Source: Nostoc punctiforme PCC 73102
GTDB taxonomy: Bacteria > Cyanobacteriota > Cyanobacteriia > Cyanobacteriales > Nostocaceae
Length of the DNA: 32,000 bases
Direction: 5' to 3'
Assembly (NCBI RefSeq): GCF_000020025.1
Contig: NC_010628.1
Span: 4,800,001 to 4,832,000 of the forward strand
The notes beneath the pieces are model-generated. The model had not been told where the DNA came from. It worked only from the letters and a program-made list of their open reading frames with translations, and did no database searches. Shown one piece after another: positions 1-9,235 of the stretch. Numbering within the stretch: position 1 is the stretch's first letter; every line of letters begins with the position of its first letter. A program made the position numbers and the translations under genes.

Positions 1-52
1 CTCATATTTGATTTTTGCAAAGCTAGGTACAACAAAAAAAGCTTTCTTTCTC

Positions 53-94
53 ATTGCCTATTGCCTATTGCCTTCTTTCCTCTTGCCTATTGCC
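53..94. repeat. Tandem heptamer ATTGCCT (x3 plus degenerate copies), a member of the dispersed GGCAAT/GGGAAT repeat family
   Basis: Direct reading: cattgcct attgcct attgcct tctttcctc ttgcct attgcc. The reverse complement resembles the aataggcaatagg units at 6491-6503. Confidence 0.7.
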
Positions 95-137
95 TTTTAA
101 GCCAAACTAGTTCACAAATAAGAGCGGATGCCTATAT

Positions 138-938
138 ATGAATGATTATTTAGATGACTACGAATTTAATAACCTCGATTTTTACAGAAAAAATCATGGT
201 TTACAGCTTTATTACAACTGGTCTGGAGAAATTTGTTGGCAAGAAACACCAGATAAGCCACAAGAAAAATTATTCTCTATTATTGGGATGAATGCTACTA
301 AAGTATTTCTCAAACCCGATCCTGAACATGGCGAAGTTGGGTATCGCATCAATAGAGAGTTGGGTTTATTTTGCGATCCAGATACTCAAGAAATTCTGCA
401 CTCTTGGAAGTCACCAACAGCAAGTCAACCAGTACCAGTAGTTCACATTGCTAACCGAATTGTCCAAGGCTCAGTCAAACCAAAGAAATTTGTTATACCC
501 AAAGGCAAGGGATACATTACCTCTGTTATGGAAATTCCTTTAGAATACCCACATCCCTTAGCAGGAGATAGTAAATATTTAGATTATTGCCCTGGAGAAA
601 AGTTTAAGGGAGTTGAGTACTTTATATCAAATACTTGCCGACCTGATGCCACTGAAGTCCCTCCGGCTAAATGGGCGAGAGACTGTCCTTGGATGCCCTG
701 GATGAAATTAGGATATGCTCATCCAGCTAAATTAAGATTTGAAACAACGATATTTAGAGTGGATTCTTTTGAGCAGCTTCATCCTAGCTTGGTCAACTTG
801 GTGAGGGAAAAGGTACCAATTTATGAATTCACGCCAACAGAAAGTGACGAACCCAATGTGACGAGCATTCAATACTTTAAGAAAAATTTTGAATCCTACT
901 TGCGAGGAGATATTTTCCCACTAGAGGAAAGATATTGA
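138..938 (+). CDS. Conserved hypothetical protein, possibly DUF1838-like
   Basis: 266-aa ATG-initiated ORF with no competing long ORF. The CPWMPWMKLGY segment resembles what I recall of the cyanobacterial/plant DUF1838 family (recollection only, not searched). Confidence 0.55.
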   Translation: MNDYLDDYEFNNLDFYRKNHGLQLYYNWSGEICWQETPDKPQEKLFSIIGMNATKVFLKPDPEHGEVGYRINRELGLFCDPDTQEILHSWKSPTASQPVPVVHIANRIVQGSVKPKKFVIPKGKGYITSVMEIPLEYPHPLAGDSKYLDYCPGEKFKGVEYFISNTCRPDATEVPPAKWARDCPWMPWMKLGYAHPAKLRFETTIFRVDSFEQLHPSLVNLVREKVPIYEFTPTESDEPNVTSIQYFKKNFESYLRGDIFPLEERY

Positions 939-1280
939 GTGGTTGTTGTACAGTACTGAATCATTTTGCGTGATGTCTACGAGGCGCTATACCTAAGCAC
1001 TTGAACATAAGAACGCCTACAAAACTGATCAGAAGCTAGATTAAAGGCTGTAGTTGGGTACAACTTTTGAAAATTTCCACCAAAAAACTTTACCAGTGGT
1101 AACTCGATCTGAGAAGATCAGAATATAAGCATTTGTCAGCTATTAGTTAGTTGCTCTTGCCAATCGTTCCATTTTATGTATTTGCTAAGTGTTTATCTTT
1201 AGCAAGTAACCAAATATAAACGATAGTCGAACACTGACTACACATCATTCATATAAACACGCATTTAGGAAACAAAAGTT

Positions 1281-1520
1281 ATGGATGAAACCTCAGAATT
1301 CACAACAACCGATAACATAACTCCTCAAGATGTCGCCGAAGTGATTGCAGAACTTGAGCTATATCGGGAACGTTTAGTTCAAGAAACTACAGAAACAGCA
1401 AAACGAGCGAAGTTGATGAGAGTTAATGTTATGGCACAACTGGAGCCTGAACTTGCCAAAATTGATTCTGCTCTCCAAGAACTCCGTAATCAGCAAGCTT
1501 CCCTGAGCGTCAATAACTAG
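1281..1520 (+). CDS. Small hypothetical protein, predicted coiled-coil
   Basis: 79-aa ORF with charged heptad-like helices (AELELYRERLVQETTETAKRAK, ELAKIDSALQELRNQQ). It ends 32 nt before the next same-strand ORF, so co-transcription is likely. Confidence 0.45.
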   Translation: MDETSEFTTTDNITPQDVAEVIAELELYRERLVQETTETAKRAKLMRVNVMAQLEPELAKIDSALQELRNQQASLSVNN

Positions 1521-1552
1521 TAATCATCTTGATAATTTAGCTAGAAGTCATA

Positions 1553-2458
1553 ATGCTCGACTCCAAAACTCAATCCGGGGAGGATTCGTTACATCTTTCC
1601 CAGGCAGAAACCGATGCAATACTAGCAACAGTGAATGAGCAATTAGGCTTAAAATCCTTCAACCCTGACGATCAAGAGCTACTCAAGCAGATGATTGAGA
1701 GTATGGGAGACGCACGGGGGATGGTTAGGTTGAGTTTTGCAGAGGCGCTGGGTAAAGTCGGTAAACCAGCGACCCCTTTGTTAATGGAAGCTGTGGCAAA
1801 TCACCCCAACCCAGTTGTACGCAGAGCCAGCGCTAAAACCCTGACACTGATTGCCGATCCGATCGCAGTTCCCACGTTGGTTAATGCGCTTCTAAATGAT
1901 GAAGATACGGTAGTCAAAACCTCTGCGGTGGGGGGGCTTGCCAAAATCGGTGAGGCAGCTGTGCCAGCATTACTGAAAATCTTAGCGTCAACTGAGTATC
2001 CAGAAAGTGCTAAAGGACATGCTGTGTGGGCGCTGGGATTTATTGGAGCAGAGGCGAAGGAGCATTTATATCGAGAAATTAACTCAGACTCGGCCGATGT
2101 TCGCGCTGCGGTGGTGGGTGCGATCGCTAAAATTGCTGAAGAAGGTACTGAAGAAGGAGCATTTCACATTCTAGTGAACGCTCTCACCGATTCATCCCTA
2201 ATGGTGCGGTGTGAAGCGGCATCTGCTTTGGGCAGTCTGGCTTATCAACCCGCGATTCCTAATCTAGTTGAGTTGCTGCATCATGCCGATTGGGAAACCC
2301 GAAAAGCGGCGGCTCTAGCATTAATGAAAATTGGCGATCGCGCTGCTTTAGAACCCCTACAAGCCGCATTAACCAAAGAAGAGGAAGCAGGAGTTCAGGC
2401 GGTGATCAAGTTGGCGATGTCTCAAATTGAGAGACAGTTAGAGGAAGATTCTTGGTAA
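1553..2458 (+). CDS. HEAT-repeat protein of the phycobilisome-lyase (CpcE/CpeF/NblB, E/F-type) family
   Basis: 301 aa with repeated units of the PBS-lyase HEAT type (VRRASAKTLTLIADPIAVPTLVNAL, VKTSAVGGLAKIGEAAVPALLKIL, VRCEAASALGSLAYQPAIPNLVELL, TRKAAALALMKIGDRAALEPLQAAL). It lies next to cpeBA. Confidence 0.7.
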   Translation: MLDSKTQSGEDSLHLSQAETDAILATVNEQLGLKSFNPDDQELLKQMIESMGDARGMVRLSFAEALGKVGKPATPLLMEAVANHPNPVVRRASAKTLTLIADPIAVPTLVNALLNDEDTVVKTSAVGGLAKIGEAAVPALLKILASTEYPESAKGHAVWALGFIGAEAKEHLYREINSDSADVRAAVVGAIAKIAEEGTEEGAFHILVNALTDSSLMVRCEAASALGSLAYQPAIPNLVELLHHADWETRKAAALALMKIGDRAALEPLQAALTKEEEAGVQAVIKLAMSQIERQLEEDSW

Positions 2459-2505
2459 TAAATCCTATTGGGATTGATGAAGGTAGTTGTATTTAAGAGC
2501 GATCG

Positions 2506-3114
2506 CTATTTTCCTTTATAATTAATCACCTGATCTAATCGGGGCAAAGCACTCACTGCTGATTCACGAACATACGGATCGGCAGATTCATCATTAGTTA
2601 ATGCTGTCAACACTTCCACTCCCCGCATATCACCCATCGAACCCAGTGCATTAACAATCGCTACAGCCAGCGCAACATTATCTATTGTTTTTAGAGCTTC
2701 AGCCAAAATCTCAAAGGCAGGAGAACCAATTTCACCCAGTGCCATTACTGATGCAATATAGACAACCGCATTTGGGTCATTGAGCGCTGTTTTTAATCCC
2801 TGTAAGCCCTCATTTGGGAAAGGAACATCTGGATGGTTAGCAGCAACCTGTGCCAGAGCCTTAGCACAACTACCCCGAATGGTTGCATTCTCGCTATTTA
2901 CTAATGAATTTACCAATGATGGGACAGCATCTGTACCAATAGCACCCAGTGCCTTAACAGCAGCACGACGGTAAGTCACATCTTCTTCATCCAAAATACC
3001 CATCAGGCGAGAAATCGTATTTTCATCCCGAACATCAGCCAGTTCCCACATGGCTCGTTCCCGCAGATTAGGGTTGGGGTGTTTCAACTGTTCAAATAAT
3101 GAATCTATTGTCAT
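2506..3114 (-). CDS. cpeZ: HEAT-repeat phycoerythrin-associated protein, CpeZ-like (F-sized E/F-type lyase or chaperone)
   Basis: 202 aa, immediately downstream of cpeA on the same strand. Its N-terminus (LFEQLKHPNPNLRERAMWELA) and its HEAT units (YRRAAVKALGAIGTDAVPSLVNSL, IRGSCAKALAQV) resemble CpeZ as I recall it from Fremyella. Paralogue assignment is uncertain. Confidence 0.55.
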   Translation of the reverse strand: MTIDSLFEQLKHPNPNLRERAMWELADVRDENTISRLMGILDEEDVTYRRAAVKALGAIGTDAVPSLVNSLVNSENATIRGSCAKALAQVAANHPDVPFPNEGLQGLKTALNDPNAVVYIASVMALGEIGSPAFEILAEALKTIDNVALAVAIVNALGSMGDMRGVEVLTALTNDESADPYVRESAVSALPRLDQVINYKGK

Positions 3115-3209
3115 AAAAGAAAATTTTCCTGTTGAAATCCCCCAAGTTCGATCGTGAATTACGTTAGCGCAGCGTTAGCGACGTAGGAGCGTCATTACGA
3201 ATTAGTAAC

Positions 3210-3278
3210 AACTGAGGGACTCTTGATCAATCACTCAACCAGATACAGGCAAAGCAACAGATTGAGAGTCCCTGAGTT
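3210..3278 (-). other. Long imperfect stem-loop between cpeA and the cpeZ-like gene (candidate mRNA-stabilising or attenuating hairpin)
   Basis: aactgagggactctt (3210-3224) pairs with gagagtccctgagtt (3264-3278) with two mismatches. An inner tcaatc/gattga pairing is also present. On the minus strand no clean U-tract follows. Confidence 0.4.
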
Positions 3279-3323
3279 TTAGAGTATGACGATCACTCGT
3301 CTACGTCTAGTCAAATCCGATTA

Positions 3324-3824
<501 letters not shown>

Positions 3825-3904
3825 TTATACTCCAGATTAGATGTGATCGAGTTTTGTATTTCAGTTGGCTTGACTAATAGGCTTAAGACATTAGCGATTA
3901 GCAA

Positions 3905-4471
<567 letters not shown>

Positions 4472-4614
4472 TTAATATTCACAAATGGCGGATATTATTT
4501 CTGGCGTGTTCTCGATCAGAATTAACTGCGAGTAGCCAAACAAAAACATAGGGGATCAATAGTGCCCTAGTCTTTACTATGAGAGACAAAGTAATAATCT
4601 GTAATATTTAATTT

Positions 4615-4741
4615 GGGTATTGGGAGAGGCACAGGGAAGAGGGCAGGGTGCAAGGAGGAGAATTAAAAATTACTTCTTTCCCTTCCTTCCCTTCTTTCCC
4701 CTCTGCCGCCTGTTCCATTGCTCTCTGCCTCTTCCAATGCC
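4615..4741. repeat. About 125-nt imperfect inverted repeat (purine-rich arm / pyrimidine-rich arm) of the dispersed GGGNATTGGG family
   Basis: The left end ggtattgggagaggcacag is complementary, with about three mismatches, to the right end ctctgcctcttccaatgcc. The interior is a gggaagagggcaggg arm facing a ccctctgcc/cccttc arm. Confidence 0.6.
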
Positions 4742-4742
4742 T

Positions 4743-4796
4743 AAAAAATTAAGACTTACGCATTTCAACGGAACTTTGCCACTGCGTAAGTCTTAA
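4743..4796 (-). terminator. Rho-independent terminator of nblA
   Basis: Perfect 14-bp stem ttaagacttacgca (4749-4762) / tgcgtaagtcttaa (4783-4796). On the minus strand a T6 run follows (aaaaaa at 4743-4748 on plus). The structure starts 28 nt after the nblA stop. Confidence 0.75.
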
Positions 4797-4823
4797 GGAA
4801 AGGATATTCTTTTTTTTACTCTA

Positions 4824-4994
4824 TCAAGCTTGTTTTAGCAGATGTTTGACCAAATTATCTTTTACCATCATCTGCCGTAAAACTTCTAACAAAAATTCTT
4901 GAGCTTCTTGTTGGCTCAAACTTTTTACCTGGTCTTTCAAGTTTTGTAAGCGAAATTGTTGCTCTAATGTTAATTCGACTGGGAAATCCATCAT
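4824..4994 (-). CDS. nblA: Phycobilisome degradation protein NblA (56 aa, below the ORF-track size cutoff)
   Basis: Hand translation of the minus strand gives MMDFPVELTLEQQFRLQNLKDQVKSLSQQEAQEFLLEVLRQMMVKDNLVKHLLKQA*. The LEQQF..L...V..LS.....EFL.EVLRQMM..DNL.K.LL pattern is the NblA signature. A GAGGAG Shine-Dalgarno sequence lies 5 nt upstream of the ATG, and a strong terminator follows. Confidence 0.85.
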   Translation of the reverse strand: MMDFPVELTLEQQFRLQNLKDQVKSLSQQEAQEFLLEVLRQMMVKDNLVKHLLKQA

Positions 4995-5064
4995 TCACTC
5001 CTCTGATTGACTGAATCGAAGGTATCTGTTGTTACTAGTAATGTGAAGACGATCGCTTTCAACT

Positions 5065-5093
5065 ATTTTAGCACTGAGATATTAAACTGTCTA
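5065..5093 (-). promoter_or_regulatory. Candidate sigma70-type promoter for nblA (-35 TAGACA, 17-nt spacer, -10 TAAAAT)
   Basis: Read on the minus strand: TAGACA (5093-5088), a 17-nt spacer, then TAAAAT (5070-5065). This would give a leader of about 60 nt. Sequence match only. Confidence 0.3.
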
Positions 5094-5290
5094 CATTGTC
5101 AAGCTATAAACAATAGCCCTTATAAAAATTTACAATTGTGTAACAACATCTCTATCTAACCCTTTGTAGGGAGTTTGTTGAAGCCGATCGCTAATCGCTG
5201 TAATGTTTAGAATGTTTATATACCAATAACTGTAAAAATAAAAAACACGTATAACATCATCCGCAGGAGTCATAAGTAGGAGTCAGAAGA

Positions 5291-5911
5291 TTGATAGACG
5301 CAATGGAATTTTTTCAGCTAAGTGCTGGTAAGTGGCGATCGCAACGAGTAACTCATCACCTGGCATTCAAGCGCTCAGAGACGGGAGAATCGGATATACA
5401 AGTAGAAACTCTGGAAGCCAATCATCCAGAAATCATTGAACTGTGCCAGTATCATGAAATTGACCCCAGCCTTTCAGTAGGAGGGTCACGTGTGCGTTGG
5501 CTAGGCACAATGGCTTGGGATAGAGAGAATGAAGAGAACCATCAGGGGAAAACTATATTTGCGATCGTGCCTGATGGGGATAACCCAAGGGCTGGCAAAT
5601 TACTGCGCGAAAGAGGCTATGCCGAAATTGTGCCTGTAGTCGGTCTTTTTCACATGGACGATGAAGATGGACTAGTGTTAACAACTGAATACGAAACAAT
5701 GAGTTCCATTGAAAGGTTCTGGTTTGCCAGCCCAAATATGCGACTGCGAACCAGTACAGTAAAACGGTTTGGTGGCTTCAGTACGGCATCGTTTTGTAGC
5801 GAAAGCCGCATCGAAAGTTCTGTTGAGGTTTCCGGCACAGAACAGGTAACAGAAAGACTTGGGCAAGATATTCTAGAGAAAAAACAGTTTTATTCAGTTC
5901 TGGGTTGGTGA
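5291..5911 (+). CDS. S-type phycobiliprotein bilin lyase (CpcS/CpeS/CpcU family)
   Basis: [87 protein letters not shown] are typical of the CpcS/CpeS lipocalin-like lyases. The start is either TTG 5291 (GGAG about 10 nt upstream) or ATG 5303. PE context suggests CpeS, but the paralogue is not resolved. Confidence 0.85.
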   Translation: MIDAMEFFQLSAGKWRSQRVTHHLAFKRSETGESDIQVETLEANHPEIIELCQYHEIDPSLSVGGSRVRWLGTMAWDRENEENHQGKTIFAIVPDGDNPRAGKLLRERGYAEIVPVVGLFHMDDEDGLVLTTEYETMSSIERFWFASPNMRLRTSTVKRFGGFSTASFCSESRIESSVEVSGTEQVTERLGQDILEKKQFYSVLGW

Positions 5912-6453
5912 ATTATCTCAAGCAAAATGATGCTTTTACTCGTGGGCAAGATTATCTGCATCAAGTGCAGAGACTTGCCCTAGAGCCGGGGATGGTGGAT
6001 GTGTTCGATAACCTGCGCGATCGCATCCCCATTTGCACTTGGATTGGCGATAATATTAACACCGTAAACGCTCAGATCAATGCCTACTTAGAAGTTTGTC
6101 ATGAGTGCTTTCATCCGCAAGAGCGTCGCCACATCCAAATTTTTGCAGTCCCCATAGCTCAATCTTTTGGCATAGACGGGCTGTGCAACATTCTCACAAA
6201 TCCAATCACTATTCTGGTAGATGTCGGTCGAGTTGCACCTAAAGACTGGTTTGGTGTAGTCGTCCATGAATATGCCCATGCCCATCTAGGAGACTTTGGT
6301 CACAATCAGCAGTTTGCTAGCATCCTATCTCATCTATGTTTAGGACTGGGATTAGAACCACCCTACTGGGAGGAAGGAATGGAAGCAACTTTGCGTAGCT
6401 GGCCTTACTGTAAGTCAACCATAGATCCTCTGGAATTTTGGATAGGTCGTTAA
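5905..6453 (+). CDS. Hypothetical HExxH-motif protein (putative Zn-metallopeptidase-like or metal-binding)
   Basis: 182-aa ORF whose TTG 5905 / GVG-position GTG 5908 start overlaps the lyase stop codon TGA at 5909-5911. It contains [16 protein letters not shown] and VCHECFH (a CxxC flanked by His) and has six Cys in total. The true start is uncertain; the next in-frame Met is residue 29. Confidence 0.55.
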   Translation: MVNYLKQNDAFTRGQDYLHQVQRLALEPGMVDVFDNLRDRIPICTWIGDNINTVNAQINAYLEVCHECFHPQERRHIQIFAVPIAQSFGIDGLCNILTNPITILVDVGRVAPKDWFGVVVHEYAHAHLGDFGHNQQFASILSHLCLGLGLEPPYWEEGMEATLRSWPYCKSTIDPLEFWIGR

Positions 6454-6503
6454 GGGGGCAGGGGGCAGAAGGGAATAGGGAATAATCATGCCTATTGCCT
6501 ATT
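6454..6503. repeat. Dispersed GGGGCAG/GGGAATA repeat module
   Basis: gggggcagggggcagaagggaatagggaataatcatgcctattgcctatt. The G-rich arm faces the cctattgcctatt arm. Confidence 0.6.
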
Positions 6504-6815
6504 AATTTCTTTTGCTGAATGTTAAATTTTATTGCTTCAATTAAAAAAAGTGAAACTCAATCTTCTAATCTGAAATATGTGAATAAAATTTTTTAGTCAT
6601 TTACAGTAACTATTAAGCTGGAAGTTGTACTACTTTTTTTATTGATTAGCTATGGGTTGAATCCAGTGTGCTAATCGTTTTTCATACCCAATACTTAAAA
6701 TCACCCTTAGTTAAGTTTCGTGAAATTTTATCAGAATCTGAGGTTCTGATACAACTACTCCCTTAATATGTGATTTAAAGTTGTTAACTTTAATTAAGAA
6801 CATGGAGGCTTTAGA

Positions 6816-7583
6816 ATGGCAATTCCTCTGTTAGAATATGAACCTTCAAGTCAAAACCAGCGTGTCGCTGGATATGAAGTACCGGGTGATGAACAGCCAA
6901 GGATTTTTACTACAGACAATATCCTGTCTCCATCAGATTTAGGCGATCTGATCGAAGCAGCATATCGTCAACTTTTCTTTTATGCTTTTGCTGCCGATCG
7001 CGAAACATATTTAGAGTCTCAACTCCGTAATGGACAAATTACAGTACGAGACTTTGTTCGTGGATTGGTGCTTTCCAATACCTTTAAGAAAAGCTTTTAC
7101 GACCTCAACAATAATTACCGCTTTGTTGAGCAAGTAATTCAGCGCGTTCTAGGACGCGACCCATACAACGAGCGCGAAAAAATCGCTTGGTCAATTGTGG
7201 TCGCTACCAAGGGTATTGTAGGCTTTGTTGATGAAGTTCTCAACACTGAAGAGTACCTGAGCAATTTTGGATATTCCACAGTGCCCTATCAGCGCCGTCG
7301 GATACTGCCATCTCAATCTACAGGTGAGTTGCCATTTAACATCAAATCTCCGCGATACGAAGATTACCACCGTGCCAAACTGGGTTTCCCCCAAATCATT
7401 TGGCAGGTCGAAGTACGCAGATTCCTTCCACAAGAACAAAAGCCAAAAGCTGGCGATCCAGCTCTGTTCTTGACTATGGCACAAAGTGTCAATGCAACTG
7501 GCAATACGCCACAGAGAATCTCGTCATTCAACATCGATATCGAAAAGTCCGTACCTTATCGCCAGTTAGCTGGAATTAAGTAA
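6816..7583 (+). CDS. cpcG: Phycobilisome rod-core linker polypeptide CpcG
   Basis: 255 aa. The N-terminus [33 protein letters not shown], plus [72 protein letters not shown] and [22 protein letters not shown], closely match CpcG (for example Synechocystis CpcG1) as I recall it. Confidence 0.9.
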   Translation: MAIPLLEYEPSSQNQRVAGYEVPGDEQPRIFTTDNILSPSDLGDLIEAAYRQLFFYAFAADRETYLESQLRNGQITVRDFVRGLVLSNTFKKSFYDLNNNYRFVEQVIQRVLGRDPYNEREKIAWSIVVATKGIVGFVDEVLNTEEYLSNFGYSTVPYQRRRILPSQSTGELPFNIKSPRYEDYHRAKLGFPQIIWQVEVRRFLPQEQKPKAGDPALFLTMAQSVNATGNTPQRISSFNIDIEKSVPYRQLAGIK

Positions 7584-7629
7584 CGATTTTTGGTCGACGG
7601 CTGTTTAGTACATCGGCTTGATCATTTTA

Positions 7630-7715
7630 TAGCGTGCATGAGTCTTGGGTTATGTAGGAGTTTCATTTAGGTATAACTAGTGAAACAGACTCTATCCCAT
7701 GTCTGATGCACGCTA
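7630..7715. other. About 86-nt hairpin downstream of cpcG
   Basis: Perfect 10-bp outer stem tagcgtgcat (7630-7639) / atgcacgcta (7706-7715). Additional inner pairing gagtttca / tgaaac is present. Confidence 0.45.
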
Positions 7716-7724
7716 GTTGTTTAT

Positions 7725-7858
7725 GGGAATTGGGAATTGGGAATCCCTTCCCTGCGGGACGCTACGCGAACGGCTTCTCTACGAGACGCTGCGCGAACGC
7801 TCAGGGCAAGTGGGAATTGGGAATGGGGAATAGGGCATGGTTTTTTGTTAATGCCCAA
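7725..7858. repeat. Composite dispersed repeat: GGGAATT heptamer runs flanking a CGCGAACG-type core
   Basis: gggaattgggaattgggaat, then cccttccctgcgggacgctacgcgaacggcttctctacgagacgctgcgcgaacgctcaggg, then tgggaattgggaatggggaatagggcatgg, then a gggcat...atgccc hairpin. Confidence 0.7.
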
Positions 7859-7896
7859 TGTCTGTAAAATAGCGTTATTTTTAGGCGTGGGATGAG

Positions 7897-8934
7897 CTAA
7901 AGTGTAGTTCGTCTTTTTAGCATCTCCAAAAGTTTTGTAAATTGGGTGGGAGGGGTAGCTGTCACCTCAATCATCTCGCCGGATAGGGGATGCTGTAATC
8001 TTAGCCGCCAAGCATGTAGTGCTTGACCGGACAAATTTACGCCCACTGAATGACCAGAACTATAAATTGGGTCGCCGACAATGGGATGACCTATTTTGGC
8101 GCTATGGACACGTATTTGATGGGTGCGTCCAGTTTCTAGTTGGAAGCGGATTAAAGTGAAATTACCAAGGCGTTCTAATACTTGCCAATGAGTGACGGCA
8201 GATCGTCCACCTTGTTCAATAGGCATAATAGCCATTTTCTTGCGGTCTTGTGGATGGCGACCAATAGGTAAGTCAATTGTGCCACTCTCAACTTTTGGCG
8301 CACCGTAAACCACGCCCAAGTATTCTCTGCGTGCGGTTTTAGCTTTGAGTTGAGCTTGTAGGTGATGATGGGCAACTTCTGTTTTTGCGATCGCGATCGC
8401 TCCCGTTGTATCCTTATCCAATCGATGGACAATTCCCGGACGTTGGACTCCGCCAATCCCTGGTAAATTGGGACAGTGAGCCAATAAAGCGTTTACCAGT
8501 GTGCCATCTGGATGACCGGGTGCGGGATGGACAACTAAGCCTGCGGGTTTGTTGAGAATAAGTAATTGGTCATCTTCGTAGAGGATATCTAAAGGGATAT
8601 CTTCTGCTAGCAGTTCTAGGGGTTGCGCTTCTGGTATTTCTAGAGTGATGCGATCGCCTAGCTTGACATTGATCTTCTTAGAAGTGCAAACTTTATCATT
8701 AAGTTGAACATTACCCTGTTCGATTAACTGCTGGATGCGCGAACGGGATAAATCTGGTAATTCTTGGGAAAGGAAACGGTCAATGCGATCGCCTTTAGTG
8801 TCGGTGCAGTGTATCGTATTACTGGAGGGAAGTAAGCTAGGTGCTGCATCCTCTATATGAGAAGAGAAGCGTTCGCCCTTGGCGTTGGCAAAGCCATCGC
8901 TATTTTCTTGGATTTGTAAATTAAATTCGGTCAC
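7897..8934 (-). CDS. rluD: RluA-family 23S rRNA pseudouridine synthase (RluD-like)
   Basis: 345 aa with an S4-like segment (RIDRFLSQELPDLSRSRIQQLIEQGNVQLN) and the catalytic motif HRLDKDTTG. The segment GRTHQIRVH is also present. Confidence 0.85.
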   Translation of the reverse strand: MTEFNLQIQENSDGFANAKGERFSSHIEDAAPSLLPSSNTIHCTDTKGDRIDRFLSQELPDLSRSRIQQLIEQGNVQLNDKVCTSKKINVKLGDRITLEIPEAQPLELLAEDIPLDILYEDDQLLILNKPAGLVVHPAPGHPDGTLVNALLAHCPNLPGIGGVQRPGIVHRLDKDTTGAIAIAKTEVAHHHLQAQLKAKTARREYLGVVYGAPKVESGTIDLPIGRHPQDRKKMAIMPIEQGGRSAVTHWQVLERLGNFTLIRFQLETGRTHQIRVHSAKIGHPIVGDPIYSSGHSVGVNLSGQALHAWRLRLQHPLSGEMIEVTATPPTQFTKLLEMLKRRTTL

Positions 8935-9235
8935 AATTGCTCTGGATTATTAATTCCCCGTTCTTTAAGTAAAGCGCGGAATCTCTTTATTTGGGTGGTT
9001 AGAAACCTAGTCTACACAAGCAAAACCGACAAAGGTGGGTTTAAAAACCTTAATTTGGACTGAAATTTTGTTTGTATAGGGGTAAATTCTATTCACCCTA
9101 GCTGTCTTGTATTTGTTCTCTTAACCATTGTCGAAATGATCTAAGTGCTGAACTGGTTCCTGTGGTTCGTGCCATTTCCACAAACCTTAAATTCTCTCCA
9201 TCTCTCCTCCGTGTTCTCCGCGCCTCTGCGGTTCG

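Noticed and set aside
5022-5035. Perfect NtcA core motif GTA-N8-TAC (GTATCTGTTGTTAC), 28-41 nt upstream of the nblA ATG
   Set aside because: The position is wrong for class II activation, because a site centred at -41.5 would put the TSS inside the nblA coding sequence. No TAN3T -10 box sits about 22 nt away on either strand, and the flanks do not extend to TGTA/TACA. Several such 6-base matches are expected by chance in 32 kb. A repressor or roadblock role cannot be excluded.
5553-6285. Four minus-strand ORFs (5553-5735, 5650-5838, 5678-5866, 6088-6285) overlapping the lyase and HExxH genes
   Set aside because: They overlap each other and the recognisable CpcS/CpeS-family gene, and they have no motifs, so they are treated as noise.
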